Shown in pieces: positions 39,267 through 53,903 of a stretch of 64,000 nt of DNA. The notes below the pieces were generated by a model. It was not told the origin of the DNA and searched no databases. It saw only the letters and a program-made list of their open reading frames with translations. Position 1 is the stretch's first letter; every line of letters starts with the position of its first letter. Origin of the DNA: Octopus sinensis (lineage: Eukaryota); contig NC_043012.1 in assembly GCF_006345805.1 (NCBI RefSeq), positions 23,498,001 to 23,562,000 on the forward strand, written 5' to 3'. The position numbers and the translations under genes were made by a program.

Positions 39267-40305
39267 CACACATACATACACACAGATACACATGTACATA
39301 CGTATCTTGTCATTTATTGACTTTGCACTTTCTGTGACCACTGTTAGTTGCAAAATGTTGTGCCTTGTTTGGCGAAAAGTAAACAGCTCTTTGAAAACAT
39401 TTCGATAGAATAAGAATAATAACAACAATAAAAAAAAAGTAGATAAATAAAGTAAAAAGGAGCAAAGTATTGACATAGTTGCTTCACTTTAGCATGGCCG
39501 ATTGTTGTGCGTCAATGTGTGGAGAATCTTCCTTTTGTGAGAGTCGGAAGAAAATGTTGTCTCTGGCGTTGTTTCTTTTCTGCTACGGCCATTGAGCTGT
39601 TAATGAATTTTAACTTGAATAAATAACACGTGTCTGTATGGTGGATCAATTTGTTCACGACAATTTTCAATGAAAGAATTGCTCATCCCGACGAAAAGTA
39701 ACAGTGACCAAACTAAGAGCCGAACAAATCTTTTTAAAAGATATATTGGGAGAGGGGGAAAAAAAAAAAAAAGTAAACAAATAAATCTACGTGTGTATGT
39801 GCATAAGTGTGTGTATGTGTGCGTGTGTGCAGGTGTGTGTGTGTTTGTGTGTGTGCACATGAGAGTGAGGGAGAGAGAAAGAGAGAGGAATGGAGACGAG
39901 TGAAAATGTTCATAGACAGTAAGAGAAAGTGTAAATTATGTGTGTATGTGTGTTTGTGTTTAAATATATTTGCATCATCATCATCACCATCATCGTCGTC
40001 ATCATTTAACATCCCTTTTTCCATGCGTCCAGGAGTGGATAGGTCTAAAGGAACAGAAGAGCCAGAGGGCTGTGCCAGCTCCAATATCTGCTTTGCCGTG
40101 GTTTCTACAGCTGGATGCCCCTCCAAACAGCAACTTCTTCACAAAGTGTACTCTGTGCTTCTTTTGTGGCACCAGCACAAGTAAGGTAACTGAGTACCCC
40201 CGAGATAAAAACCCCTCCCTTGACTGGGGTGTAATATTGACAGATAATGAAAGTATGAAAGAGGTATAGGAAGAGGTGTCTTGCTGAAGAAGGGGTAAAT
40301 ACATG

Positions 40306-40340
<35 letters not shown>

Positions 40341-40611
40341 TGTGTATGTTGTCTAAAACTTCTCAATGCAAATTGTTACTCTGTCCCCCCCTCTTTCATG
40401 AATATCATTGAACATTTACTTATTTACATGTCCTGTCTTTTGGGAACACTACAGTCTGTCCCATCCCCAAGGACAAAGCCAGTCATTGTACCTGCCATCC
40501 TCCTGTCACACTCATCTCCAACAATATCAATGGAAGAGATAGCCTCAGACATATTTGACCACACCCTGAATTTCCCTGCCATCTTAATGATCAACCTACC
40601 ACAAGGTCCAG

Positions 40612-40880
40612 CATATGTTGTGATGTGGTGGCTTGTATGCCTCAGTGATCCTGAGAACTTTGCCAGTGGAGGAACAAGCTCCTGGTAGGGCTTTCCATTT
40701 CCCATTCTCGACAGGTGAAACAATAGGAACTAGGATAATCCGGACTACTTCGCAGAGGTAAAAATGGGTTTGCAGAAAGCCAACATCCCTACCGAGGCAA
40801 AAAAGTAAAGTACAGGAGCATCGATGACAATTCAGATCCAACAGGATCCAAGAGAGGAAGGCCTTCATTCCAGGAAGCAC
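40612..40880 (+). mobile_element. RTE LINE 5'-UTR-like fragment
   Basis: GGCTTGTATGCCTCAGTGATCCTGAG..GCTCCTGGTAGGG..GGGTTTGCAGAAAGCCAACATCCC resembles Expander/Rex3-type 5' UTRs as I recall them; not verified by search. Confidence 0.45.
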
Positions 40881-41749
40881 ATGATACGGTATGGCAAAAT
40901 TTGAAAGGACACAGAAGCAAAGCTAAAAAAGCAGAACCTATGCTTCAAGGTTAGTGACCGCTAGTACACCTTTCATAGTGCCAGGTCTATCTAGCTCTTA
41001 TGTCATTTACCTGTGGGCTCTCATTCTTGAGAAATCTAGTATAAATGGTGCTGTTGACCTCAATTTCAACAAGACTTTGAACTCTAACTGGAATACTAAT
41101 CTTTTTGTCAAAACTTCTAACCTATGAGCCCCATCTCTCATCTCTTGGAGTGGTGACTTCCTATCAGACCACATCATCACTATGCATGTTAGTCATGGTC
41201 ACTTTGGCACTATCAACCCTGGTGTACAGCAGCATTCAGTTTCTGACCATCTCCTTACTCACTCCCACCCTGCACATCAACAACCAACCCACCATTACCT
41301 CCAACACTCAACTCTTACACAGCTTACATCACCCTTCATTCCTTGCTAAATAACTGCACCCAAGCATAATTCTCATACATCCTAAACAATCACACTGATT
41401 ACATGAACAGGGACCTCACAAATATCTGCCAATGAGCAATGCCAATCTTCTCAATTTATAACCTACAAAGACACTTCATGCAAAATTGCTCTGACTCCAT
41501 GAATAGCAACATCTAAAACATCCCCGCAATAGAGTGATGCTAATCTTCTCTCAAATGACAGCAGCATAGCTAATGGGGGACAATGGGGGCAGTCTACCCC
41601 AGGTGGTACTTTTATTGGGGCTGCACATTTTGAGTCTGTTGTATAGGCTGTATTGCGAAAGAGGGGTGGAGCACACTGAAGGGCTGGCTCAAGTAGCACA
41701 CTCTCTAGCTGAATGCATTTAGCAAACATTATTTCCTCTATATTTTTAA

Positions 41750-41969
41750 CCCTTTAGTATTCACATTATTCTACCAAATGTGATGCTTGTTTATTCACAT
41801 TGCATTGAATTAATCATGCATTATCTCATAGCTGTGAGATTTCTGCAACGTGACTCTTTACTTTGTGAATAATATTGTAGGACAGGGTAAGAGGCTGGAT
41901 CTGACTGGTTTTGAACAAAAGGGAGGTAAAATATTTAGGCCGGATATGGCCAGTTTGAATGCTAAAGGG
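41750..41969. mobile_element. Intact 220-bp piggyBac-type MITE
   Basis: TTAA at 41746-41749 and 41970-41973. Terminal inverted repeats CCCTTTAGTATTCA / TGAATGCTAAAGGG match at 13/14. Confidence 0.92.
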
Positions 41970-42633
41970 TTAAATATAAACAAGACAACACAACGCTCAA
42001 GGTTTATGATCTCCAGGAGAACACTCTCTTGGTAAATGTACACTCCAAACACAGCCAAAACAGCATCACACATTAACCTTCCAATTTTCAGGGCAAGAAA
42101 ACTCATTCACTTAGTCACGGACAAACTGTGGCTAACAGGACTTTTCTAAATGACATACCTAATGAAAAATTATTGGGAATGTTTTAGTAGTGCAACCCAC
42201 CTGATGATGAACTTGTCTCATGTGGCCTGTTTTTCAAAAGAAGTTAATCATTTCTGCTATAAACTCTAGTAACTATTTCCTTATTACAAAGCTGATACGG
42301 GACTTAGTAACAGGGTGCTGTTTTTATATAGTTATTACACACAAACACATCCAAGACCCCCCCCCAAATCTCTTGACTAATTGACAAAAAAATCACACAT
42401 GAACACACCTCAGCCTTTGGCCACAGAACTGCTGTATCCTCTCTCTCTCTGCATTCTCTACTGCTACAACAACAGCCTCTGCTCTTCAAAAGTAGCTGAT
42501 CGTGCACCACTTCCACACAGCCACAGACAACTCACTTGGCTGCCCTCCTCTGTCCGTCATATTGTAACCACTTCCTTACATCCTGAACACATTTCATCCA
42601 ATGTGCTAACAATTCTATCAGCTTGCCACCTTA

Positions 42634-42664
<31 letters not shown>

Positions 42665-43206
42665 TAGTAATGATAATAATGGCTCAAAGCAAGTAGTTTT
42701 GTGGAAGAGGGAAAATCGATATTGTCAAACCCCTCCCCCTAGTGTTCTAGTCCCACGCTCCAGGTACTTATTTCATCAACCCCATAGGAGATGATGGACT
42801 GAGTCGACCATGGTGGGATTTGAACCGAGAACATAAAAATGGATGAAATACTGCTAAGCCTGGCATGCTAATGGTTCTTGCCTTAAAAAATAATAATAAT
42901 AATAATAATAGTAAGAAGAAGAAAATGGAACTGAAGGAAAACAGAAAGAGATACGAATGAGAGAGAGACAGAGAGAGAGGGAAGAAACTGATGGTATAAT
43001 GAGTGTGTGAAAGACATTTTAAAGGTTAATGAAAATTGAAGGAGGCTAAAGAGAATGTTAGAAAGTAGTTGGGAAAGAAGGAGAGAAGAGCATAGAAAGA
43101 AAGAAAGAAAGAAAGAAAAACAAGTTATTGTAAAAAGCATTTAGAATAAAGAGAAAAAAAAATTGTGTGGTGGGGGAGGTGGAATAAGAAAACAAATAGA
43201 AAATAT

Positions 43207-43241
<35 letters not shown>

Positions 43242-43808
43242 AAGAAGAGAATGCTACTCAATAAACTAAAGAAAAAAGAAAGGAAGAGAGTGTGCAAAAA
43301 TAAATAAATAAATAAAAAACTGTGATAGAGAGAAGATAGAATGGTAACATATACCAATAGTTAAACAAAAAAAAAACAAGGATAAAGTAAAAAAAAAAAA
43401 AAGAACTGTAGACAGTGGTATGGAGATGAAAGAAATGCATTTAGAATGAATGAGGAAGTGAAAAAAAAAACACTACAAACAACCAACATGAAATGAAAGA
43501 AAGAGAGTGAGAGAGGAAGACATAGATAGAAGGAGGTAGGGGAGGGAGTGAGGTGAGAGAGAAGACTGAAACAAATAATAGAAGAGAAACAACAAGGCTG
43601 GAGGTGATGAGAGTAAAAAAAAAAACTATATATAACACACACTATATGTGTGTTGTGTGTATGAGTGTGTGTATAAATACATACACACACATATAAAAGA
43701 ATGTATATATGTGTGTATATGTATATACATACAAATACATATGTACAGATTTATATATATATATATATACACACATGTATATATATATATAAATATACAT
43801 GATATATA

Positions 43809-43848
<40 letters not shown>

Positions 43849-43914
43849 AATACAGTTATTTGTATATATATATATATATATATACAACACACAAATACAG
43901 TTATATATGTATAT

Positions 43915-43959
<45 letters not shown>

Positions 43960-44663
43960 ATATATATAGATATAGATATATAAGATATATATATATATAT
44001 AATACAAATAATACATACATACATATATATAGATCTATATATAATTTTTGTATCTGGTTTGCAAGATTCTAGACATAACAATGTATGTATGTATGTATGT
44101 ATGTGTGTGTGTATGTGTGCGTGTGTATGTATGTATGTGTGTATGTATGTATGTATGTGTGTGTGTGTATGTGTGTACGTTTTATGCAGCACACAGGAAA
44201 GTAAAAGTTTCTGTTTGTTTATTTTGTTTGGTTGGGGCATTGTTTATGCAACCTTCTTTTCACTGTGGTGGGAAGAGGGGGGGTGAGAGGAAGAAGGAGG
44301 AAGAGGTGGTGGTGGTGGTGGTGGTAGAAAAACAAAGTATATGTAAATGATGGAGATGATGGAGGTGATGGTGGTGATGATGAAGGCAATGAAGATGATG
44401 GCAGCAGTGAAGATAAACTGGGAAGAGGACAACAGAAGAAATAATGAATGAATGAAAGAACGAACGAATGAATGAATGAATGCATAAATAAATAAATAAA
44501 TAAATTGTATTATATGAATGAAATGTAAACAAATGCAACAATAAGACAAAAGCTTCTTTGATAATGTATAATCTAATAATAATAATAATAAGAATATGGA
44601 AAAGATGGGAAGGTGAAGAATAAAATTTGATGTGAAGCAAGACATACTGTGAGAGAGAAATAC

Positions 44664-44708
<45 letters not shown>

Positions 44709-44744
44709 TCCACATATCTATATATATATATATATTATATATAC

Positions 44745-44855
<111 letters not shown>

Positions 44856-44938
44856 TATTTACATATATATATATATATACACATATATACATATATATAT
44901 ATATACATTATATATATATATATATACAATATATATAC

Positions 44939-44973
<35 letters not shown>

Positions 44974-47900
44974 ACCACACAACACACATATGAATGTGTA
45001 GGTATACCCATATATAGTATAAAAAGAGAGAGAGGAGTAGGAGGAGGTGAGGTAGAAATGAGTTTTAAAGCAAAATATGATTCAAGAAGAAAATTAATAA
45101 AATGAAAGAAAGACAAAGAAAACCAAGTAAAAAATAAGAGAAGGAGAAGGAAAGAAGTAAAAAAGAAAAATGGCAAAAGGTGAGATGTTGAGGGGCAGCA
45201 GTAAGAGAGAAGAGAAGAAAAGTAAGATGTGTTCTTAAAGTGCAAGAATCAGAGGACTAAAGGGAATCTCATGAAGTTTGATAGAATTGGTAATTTAGAA
45301 AAGAGGAAGAACTGAAGGACAAAAAAGGAGAATTTGATATTGATGCAGGCATGGCTGTGTGGTTAAGAAGCTCAGTTTGCAGCCATGTGGCTTTGAGTTC
45401 AGTCCCACTGTTCAGCATCTTGAGTAAGCATATTCTACTACAGCTCCAGGTTGACCAATGTCTTATGTGTGAATTTGGTACATGGAAACTGTGTGGAAGC
45501 CTGTCACATACATATACACACACACACAAATATATATATATATATACATATATATATAGGCTGGCAATGGCCACGATCGGATTGGTGCTTTTTACGTGCC
45601 ACCGGCACTTTACTAGCTTCCATGTCGGTGGCACGTAAAAAGCACCCACTATACTCATGGAGTGGTTGGCATTAGGAAGGGCATCCAGCTGTAGAAATAC
45701 TGCCAGATCAGACTGAGCCTGGTGCAGCCTTCTGGCTTCCCAGATCCTGGTCAAACCGTCCAACCCATGCTAGCATGGAGAATGGACGTTAAATGATGGT
45801 GATGATGATATATATATATATATATATATGTGTGTATATATTCTTGTATGACAAAAAGAATGGTAACATCCCTTTAACAGGATTTCATACCCTTATATAT
45901 ATATAATTTTAATAATAATATAGGGTAAAATTAATTAATTAATTATTTAATTAATAATAATTAATAATTATTAATTTTACCATTCACACACATATATATG
46001 TGTGGCATGGAATAAAAAAATTTGTTTACTGAAACAATTGTTAAAGCAATTTGAATTTCTCATTTTGTCATTGAGTTTACTGTTTATCTGTGTGTATATC
46101 TTTGTGTTTGTCTCCACTATTGCTTGGCAACTGGTGTTGGTTCATTTATGTCCCCATAAATTAGTGGTTTGGCAAAAGATACTGACAGAAAAAAATGTTA
46201 GACTTAAAAGCTAAATATTGGGACCAATTCAGTGAAGTAAGCTTTCCAAGACGGTGCTCCAGCATGGCCGTGGTGCAATGACAACGAGTAAAAGCCAAGA
46301 AATGAGCTAAATGGTAAGTAATGGAAGAATCGGAAAACACTTTTGATGATGAAGAGTCGTGTAGAGGTGTTGATAAAGAAGGAGCAAACGACAGTGTAGA
46401 GAAGAAGGGTTTAAGTAGGGAAGAAATAAAAAGGGAGTTTATAAGGAGAATATTTTAGAAGGGGTCAGATTTTAAAATGGGAAAGGGGAAAGAAAACAAA
46501 TGTTAAGAGAAAAAAAAGGGGGAGAAAAAATGAAAATCATCTTCTTAGACAATGACGAGAGTGAGAGAATATGAAAAAATGAAAACGGAAAAAAAAGGGT
46601 GATAAAAAACAATGGTAAAATAGCTAAAGAAAAATGTAATATCACAGAATGAATTCTAGAAGGTTCTATTTAGATAATGTTTTTCTTATTCCTGAAAAGG
46701 ATATAAAAAAACCAAAACAAGTTATTAATAATAATTCTAACACTGCAATCTGTGGAATTAGCTACAAAGAAAATGAAAATAACCAAAAAGAATTCTGTCC
46801 TTCCAAAAATGCAATCTTACATTTTCCCTACATTTTTCTTGTTTGTTTTTGTTTGTTTGTTTGCATTTTGCTTTCTCATTTATTTCTCATTCAATATTCA
46901 TAGAAATCAATGAAACTAAAAGCCAATTAAGCAGAATATTCCATGCCATCATCAATACTAATTTTGTGGTTCCGGTGAAAATATGAGGTTTCTTGAGATT
47001 CAATTTCAAAGAATATTGCAATAGAATGTGCTGCCGTAATGTGAACATGGAGGATACAAAAGTTTGCTAATGTTTTTTTTTTTTGTTCTGTATGGGGTTT
47101 TTTTTTTTAGTTTTTTTTTTCTTGCGTATGTGTGTGGTGGGTATTATCCTTTTTGCAAAGGTGTCCAAAGAAAACTATTTGAAATAGTCTTCTGAATGAA
47201 AAAATAATAATGATAATGATGATGATGAATAAAATAAAAACAAATTATCAAACCATGATAATATAAACAAATTTAGAGTAGACATTTAAAAATCTATCTG
47301 GAATAACATTCTTAGACCAAAAGAAACAAAAATATTTTAAACTTTTAAACTTCATTTCAACTAAGATATTTGTTTATTTAGAAAATAATTTTTTTTTTTT
47401 AAATTCTACATAAAATTGGCAGTGTAATGCAAATTGGAAAAAAAAAGTTAACAAAATGCAAAAAAAGAAATTGGTAAATTCTAATGGAATAAAATGATAT
47501 TCCAATATAGTAGAATCAGTAGGTGTATAGATTGTTATTTTACTGATATCACCAAACTTTCATAAATTTGTAAATAAAATAAGCAAGTTTTCTGTCTAAT
47601 GATATAAACTTGAGATAAAGTGATTTCAAAAATCTTATATATAAGATTAAATATCTTAAATAATGATAATGATAATATTAATAATAATAATGATAATAAA
47701 TATAATACAAAATATTTCAAACTTTGTTTCAAATATAATAATGTCAAAATGTCAAAACGAAAAAAAAAAAAAATTGGTGAAACAATAAGGAATAAAGAAA
47801 AAAAAACTGTACTTGATGTTTTGCATACATTGTAATGTTGGAACGAGGATTAAATTACTGAAAGACAATTGCACTGCAGTTTGGGTTAGACATTAAGAAA

Positions 47901-48182
47901 ACAGCAGATTAGAGACTGCTGTTTGTCAGCAGAAATTTGCACCTTTAGCTACCAAAATTCGTCAAGGTATTTCTTTATGTCAGATCTTTTTCAAGTATTT
48001 GTTTAATTCAAGAAAGAGAGTATTTAGGAAGATATATTTTCCAGTTATTGATTACAGCATAATTAAGATTTAAGTAGACCTTCAAGTTTCTGTGCTCCCA
48101 GAGTAATACTTTTAAAACAAATACATATTCCTTAGCTACAATATTTTCTAAAGTTGTTTCAAAGAAAGGCAGGTTATTACAT

Positions 48183-48226
<44 letters not shown>

Positions 48227-48384
48227 GCTTATTATTTGCGAGCTGGCAGAAACGTTAGCACATCGGGCGAAATGCTTAACAGAGTTTCCTCTGTCTTTAC
48301 GCTGAGTTCAAATTCCGCCATGGTCGACTTTACCTTTCATCCTTTCAGGGTCAATTAAATAAGTACCATTTGCACACTGGTACT

Positions 48385-49630
48385 TATATTCCTTATTCTT
48401 AGTGACTCCTTCTGGTTCATGTTTGTACCATTTCCATGCTCTGTTCAGGCCATACTTTCCACACAGCCTCCAGTATGAACTTAGCCATGTTATCATAACT
48501 CCTTTTGCCATGCTTTTGGGCCAGCTTGCTACACTCACTCACAATATGTGAGATTGTTTCGTTTTTACTGCCACACTTCCTACAAAGGGGTGATTCGCTG
48601 CTATGATTTATTTGGAACTTGGTGTAATTAGTTCTCAGAGTTTGTTCCTGGGCACTGCATATCAATGCCTCAGTGCATCCTTCCAAATCACTTTTTCATA
48701 ACCAAGCCTGGTGCAGCCTTCTGCCTTCCCAGACCCTGGTTGAACCATCCAACTCATGCTAGCATGGAAAACAGACATCAAACAATGATGATGATCCCCA
48801 AATAGGCGCAGGAGTGGCTGTGTGGTAAGTAGTTTGCTTCCGAACCACATGGTTTCGGGTTCAGTCCCACTGCGTGGCATCTTGGGCAAGTGTCTTCTGC
48901 TATAGCCCTGGGCCGACCAAAGCCTTGTCAGTGGATTTGGTAGACGGAAACTGAAAGAAGCTTGTCGTATATATATATATACATGTGTGTGTGCGTATAT
49001 GTTTGTGTGTCTGTGTTTGTCCCCCTAGCATTGCTTGACAACCGATGCTGGTGTGTTTACGTCCCCGTCACTTAGCGGTTCGGCAAAAGAGACCGATAGA
49101 ATAAGTACTGGGCTTACAAAAAGAATAAGTCCCAGGGGGGTCGATTTGCTCGACTTAAAGGCGGTGCTCCAGCATGGCCGCAGTCAAATGACTGAAACAA
49201 GTAAAAGAGTAAAAGAGTAAAGAGAGAGTTGATATTGTCTTTTCCTTCAATTTCTCTGAGGAATTCTCCATGCAGTGACTTCATTTTCCAATTGTTTACT
49301 CTTTCTGCTTCATCTTGTTTCTTAAATGTTTGTGGGTGCATCACATTTTCGGTAGGCATTATATTGTTAATTCTAACAACGGCAAGCAAGGAGTCACTAT
49401 GTTGTTTGATGTACCATTCCAGACTGTTCTTGCTGACAACACAGATCTTGCATCCTATCAGACCTCTTCCATCCCTGTTTCTAGGCACATACAGGCTGTT
49501 AATATTGCTTCCTTGCTCATTGTCATCACTTTTCTCATTTTTGTGTCCATTTCCTTGAGCTCATTCTTTGTCCACCTAACAACACTTGCACCATATCGGA
49601 TTAAGGAATCAGCCCATGTATCCATTGCCC
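48385..49630 (-). mobile_element. R4/Dong-type non-LTR retrotransposon fragment (post-RT region and CCHC finger) with two nested insertions
   Basis: RAMDTWADSLIRYGA..W..ELKEMDTKMRK; PRNRDGRGL; W.MKSLHGEF; WL*KSDLEGCTEALICSAQEQTLRTNY; CRKCGSKNETISHIVSECSKLAQ; WRLCGKYG..WYKHEPEGV. The 5' end abuts (TAA)n at 49631-49650. Confidence 0.9.
48805..49225 (+). mobile_element. Young full-length SINE A (tail 1)
   Basis: A box TGGCTGTGTGG, B box GGTTCAGTCC, CORE-like CCTTGGGCAAG, TA/TG hinge, tail hairpin CAGTC-AAAT-GACTG at 49181-49194 and (GTAAAAGA) end repeats. Confidence 0.95.
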
Positions 49631-49895
49631 TATTATTATTATTATTATTAATCATGAGCTTGCAGTATTGTTAGAATCCCATGGAAAATGCTTTGTGGCA
49701 TTTCATCCATCTTTATGTTCCGAGTTCAAATTCCACTGAGGTCAACATTGCCTTTCATCCTTCTGGGTTTGATAAATGAAGTACCAGTGAAATATTGGGA
49801 TTGATGTAATTGATAGTTCCATCCCCTGAATTTCAGGCCTTCTGCCTTTAGTAGAAAGGATTACTTTTATTATTATTATCATTATTATTATTATT

Positions 49896-50180
49896 AGTGG
49901 TTAGAGTGTTGTACTCATGATCGTGAGGTTCTGGTTCTGGTTTCAATCCCTAGACTGGGTGGTGTGTGGTGTGCTGTGTTCTTGAGCAAAACACTTCATC
50001 TCATGTTGCTCTCTGATCACTTTGACATGTGGCACACCGTGCACCTGTTGAGGCAATGTTGATTCATTAGAATGAGCTAATGCACAGCAGGGGCATTTGA
50101 TCTCTATAAACAAATCATTTTTGCAAGTCGTTTAGCAAAAACTGAACACTTATCCATCATCTTTGATGGAAGAGTCCATT
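49896..50180 (+). mobile_element. SINE family D (tRNA-like head, TTCTTGAGCAAAACAC core); another copy at about 34565-34715 (-)
   Basis: AGTGGTTAGAGTG..GGTTTCAATCCC head; flanked by ATT repeats. Confidence 0.65.
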
Positions 50181-53100
50181 ATTATTATTATTATTAAAGT
50201 AGCAAGCTGGCAGAATCATTAGCATGGTGGACAAAATGCTTAGCATCATTATTCCAGCTTTATGTTCTGAGTTCAAATTCCACTGAGGTTGATTTTGTCA
50301 TTCACTTTTCCAGGGTCAATAAAATAAATACCAGTTGAACACTGGTGTCAATTTAATCAACTTACCCTCTACTGAAATTACTGGCCTTGTACCAAAATTT
50401 GAAATTGTCATCATTCTTATAATTATAATTATTATTATTATCATTAGCATTGTTTTGCTAGATTGGATGATAGTTTTCACACATTGAGACATCTGTATAC
50501 TGGTGGAATAATTATTCCTACAGATGTATGCCATTCTCACTTCTGATAAACATCTGAAATGTCACTCTTAAATGGAACTAGTTTGTCAGCCAGGCAGACC
50601 GTGGTCTATGTTATATAACTTTGCCAGCAACACAATATGATGGCAGTAGAAATTGAGTTTTAACTCATGCTCATGTGGTAAAGAATTTGGCATCTAAATG
50701 CCATAGCTATCCTTCCTTAACCTTTTTGCTGTGGAAATCTGATATATCCATTCAAAATTTTATTAGCCTTAACTGCAGGAAAGCAATTCTATTCACCAAT
50801 CTATCTTTTGTTGAGGAATGTCATGCTTGAAACTAATTTTTGTTGAGATGTGTCAAGTTTATTGAGGTGACTTGCAGAAAATGCCAATTCTATTTTTTTT
50901 GTAGATATTTAATATCATTACTGGAATAGCCATGAAATTTAATTTCACAGTTAAACAGTTAAAAATTGTCTGTTACAATTAAGTGATGGCTGAAACAGTG
51001 AACAACTGAACAGATTTTTCTATCATAGTTATTTACTGTAGTTTAAGCTTGATAGAAATATATATAAACCATCGTCCTTAACAGTTCCATGCATGCACGC
51101 GTCAGAGGGAATTCAGTGATGCAGGTTTTCTACAGCTGGATGCCCTTTCTGTCACTAACCCTCACCCATTTCCAAACAAGGCAATATTTCCGCATGACTG
51201 AATATGCTTTCACAGAAGATTGGAAACAAATAACATCACTTGTATGACAGTAACACTCACAACTATTACATAATATCAAGACAAACATACACACACACAT
51301 TCATGCATGCATACACACACACTCTCTCTTTCACACACATATATACACAATGGGCTTCTTCCAGTTTCCTTTTACCAGATCTATTCTTAAGGCTCTGGTC
51401 AGTCTGGGGTTATTGTAAATGACTTCTGCCTATGGTGCAATGCAGTGGGACAGAACCTGAAACCATGAGGTTGGAAAGTGAACTGAAGCACCATTTCTAC
51501 TTCATTCATCATCATCATCATTGTCATCATCGTCATTTGACTGAGGACTGGCAAGCCAGAAGGCTGCACAAGGCTCCAATCTGAACTGGCAATGTTTTTA
51601 CAGCTGGATGCCCTTCCTAACGCCAACCACTCCAAGAGTGTAGTGGGGTGCTTATATCTTGTCCTAATATTAAACCACACACATATATCTCAAAACTTGA
51701 ACCAAAGTTCTATATCAATGCTTTCTCAATGATTCACACATTTTTTGGTGTTTCTCATGACATGTGTCTAAAGTGCTATGCACCAGAATAGAATTCAGTA
51801 CCATGTGGTTGATTCTGAAGACATTTGCTTAACAATATGGTTATTCTTGCTGGAAATTAATACAAGGCATCATGTATAATGGCATAAAAGATGCAGAGAC
51901 ATAATGGACGCCAATTTCTACAGGGCATATTCCGGAAAATTTATTTAGTGCATCAAAGCGTGTAATATAGGCTCAACTTTGCATATATGGCCTGGGGTAT
52001 ATTTTGGAGGGGAAAAAATGGGTGTCTCATATTGTAAGATGGATAGAAATATTAGACACATTCCAATTTTAGCAGTGCAAATTCACGAAAAACAGCTCTT
52101 AGAGCAGGAAAGCATGTAATAATATGCTCCCCAGGGTGGTCTTATGAGATATTTTTTTTAAAAAGTGCATTTTAAATGCCATCAAATACGGTAAGCTTTA
52201 TTGAGCAGTACTTTATATAAAATAAATGCTGTATGCTTAAATGACTACCTGGGTACATTTAAGGGTTCAGAACCAGAGCAAGAAGACCACAAAATGGATG
52301 CAAAGAAGGTGGTTGCAGTGTATGGCTAGCACATACCTTGGCTACATGTCTCTGGTTGTTAAAATGATTAACACCTTTCTATACCTGCCTAAAAGAATAA
52401 TCTGGGTCATTCTGACAATATAGTACCTGTATCTGACTTTCTCTTCCCTTAACTGACTCCCTCCCACCTGCCCCCCATTGTTACTCTAAATTTCTATTAC
52501 ATACGTGATCACAAACCTTATCATATAGTAGCAGTTCTGAAGAAAACAATGAAGAAAAAAAAAATTACTAAATTCTAATTAAAACAATCTTTCAGAAGAC
52601 ATTTACCCCAGAGAATCACACCTCAATTGAAAATTAAATTACAGTGATCTAATCACATAATGCTTTTATTTTTAGAAAACAAAAACAAAGCAATAACAAA
52701 TCTAATTTACTTCTTGAAAAATGAATTATGGTTTAAAAAGAAAATTCTAAGATCAGAAGCTGCTCTTTATTTATTTTCTTGCACCCCCCCCCCACCCACC
52801 AACCAGCCAACACTGTCCTGTAACACCTACATTCTTACTAATATATCTTCTCTGAATGTCAGTAGGGTACAAATACGAAAATTGCTGAACACACACACAC
52901 ATTTTAGCATTAGTATTTTGGTTATTTTGGTATGCATCATGTATTGGAACGAGAGATTAAATTTGGAGCTTGGAATTATACATGTGGTTAAAATTTCCGA
53001 AAATTTCATTTAGCAACCACTGAGTATTTTCCATGTAATGTTTAAACTGTTCCTTAAATACTTCTACCGTTCAATCATAACTATAATTTTTTTGTACATT

Positions 53101-53871
53101 ATTTATTTTAATAAAGTTGTATTTGGCATTTAATTTTAAAATGTATATGCAGCTATTCATTATCATTGTTTTAATTTTATAAAAGTATGCTCTTGTTTTG
53201 TATATTTATATATATATATTGAACTTTCAGTAATCAATATGGAGGACCTAGCCTGGAGCAAGTTTGGTAAGAGTTTGAAATTAATAATCCTGTTAAGCTA
53301 TCAAGCTTTTCTAAAATGTGGCATCTTGATAAAAACAGGACTTGTTGTACCAGGACAAGGTTGGAAGATGAGAGAGTAGGACTGACTCTGCACAAACCAT
53401 ACCCATTAGAATAATAAACCCCAGCTGTCTTGTGGAGTAATTTACTGAGCATTTAAAAATAGCTGTTCGGCAGAAGACGCCCAATAGAATAAGCACCAGG
53501 CTTACAAAGAATAAGTCCAGGGATTGATTTCTTTGACTAAAAGGTGGTGCTCCAGTATGGCCACAGTCATTTGACTGAAACAAGTTAAACAATAAAAGAA
53601 TATACATATATACACTTACATATGTATGTATATATTGTATTTTATATTTTACATGTTTCGGTCATTAGACTGCGACCACGCTGAAGCACTGCCTCAACTA
53701 ATTTCTTAGATGAATGAAGAACCCAGTACCCTTTTATTTTTTCAGTCTATTTTTAATCAGTCTCTTTTGCCGAACTGCTAAGTTATGAGAACATAAACAA
53801 ACGAAGACCAGTTGCCAAGCAGTGGTGGCGGCAAACACAAAGACAAACACATATCTATCTATCTATCTATC

Positions 53872-53903
<32 letters not shown>

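Larger units (their letters stand above)
40430..42610 (+). mobile_element. Long degraded CR1/Jockey-type LINE ORF2 fragmented by later insertions
   Basis: Motifs appear in the expected order: WEH..VCPIPK..PVTLIS..HLNDQ (40430-40600), AVDLNFNKTL..W (about 41050), WSGDFLSD..INPGVQQHSV (about 41150), NRDL..I..NLL (about 41410-41460), NKTTQ (about 41980), QPLA..LCILYCYNNSLCSS (about 42410-42490). Confidence 0.7.

Noticed and set aside
42200-42296. TGATGA ... CTGA box C/D snoRNA-like pattern
   Set aside because: Lies within a decayed LINE, has no convincing terminal stem, and such motifs are expected by chance.
48805-48880. tRNA-like sequences with A and B boxes (also 3620, 59456, 62322)
   Set aside because: They continue into shared SINE bodies, occur in many diverged copies and lack a complete cloverleaf.
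52235-52430. VVAVYG*HIP resembling the Harbinger IDG.HIP motif
   Set aside because: Too degenerate; the catalytic Asp is absent.
53240-53420. SSFSKM..RLEDERV resembling a hAT dimerisation domain
   Set aside because: Short, contains stops, and no terminal repeats were found.
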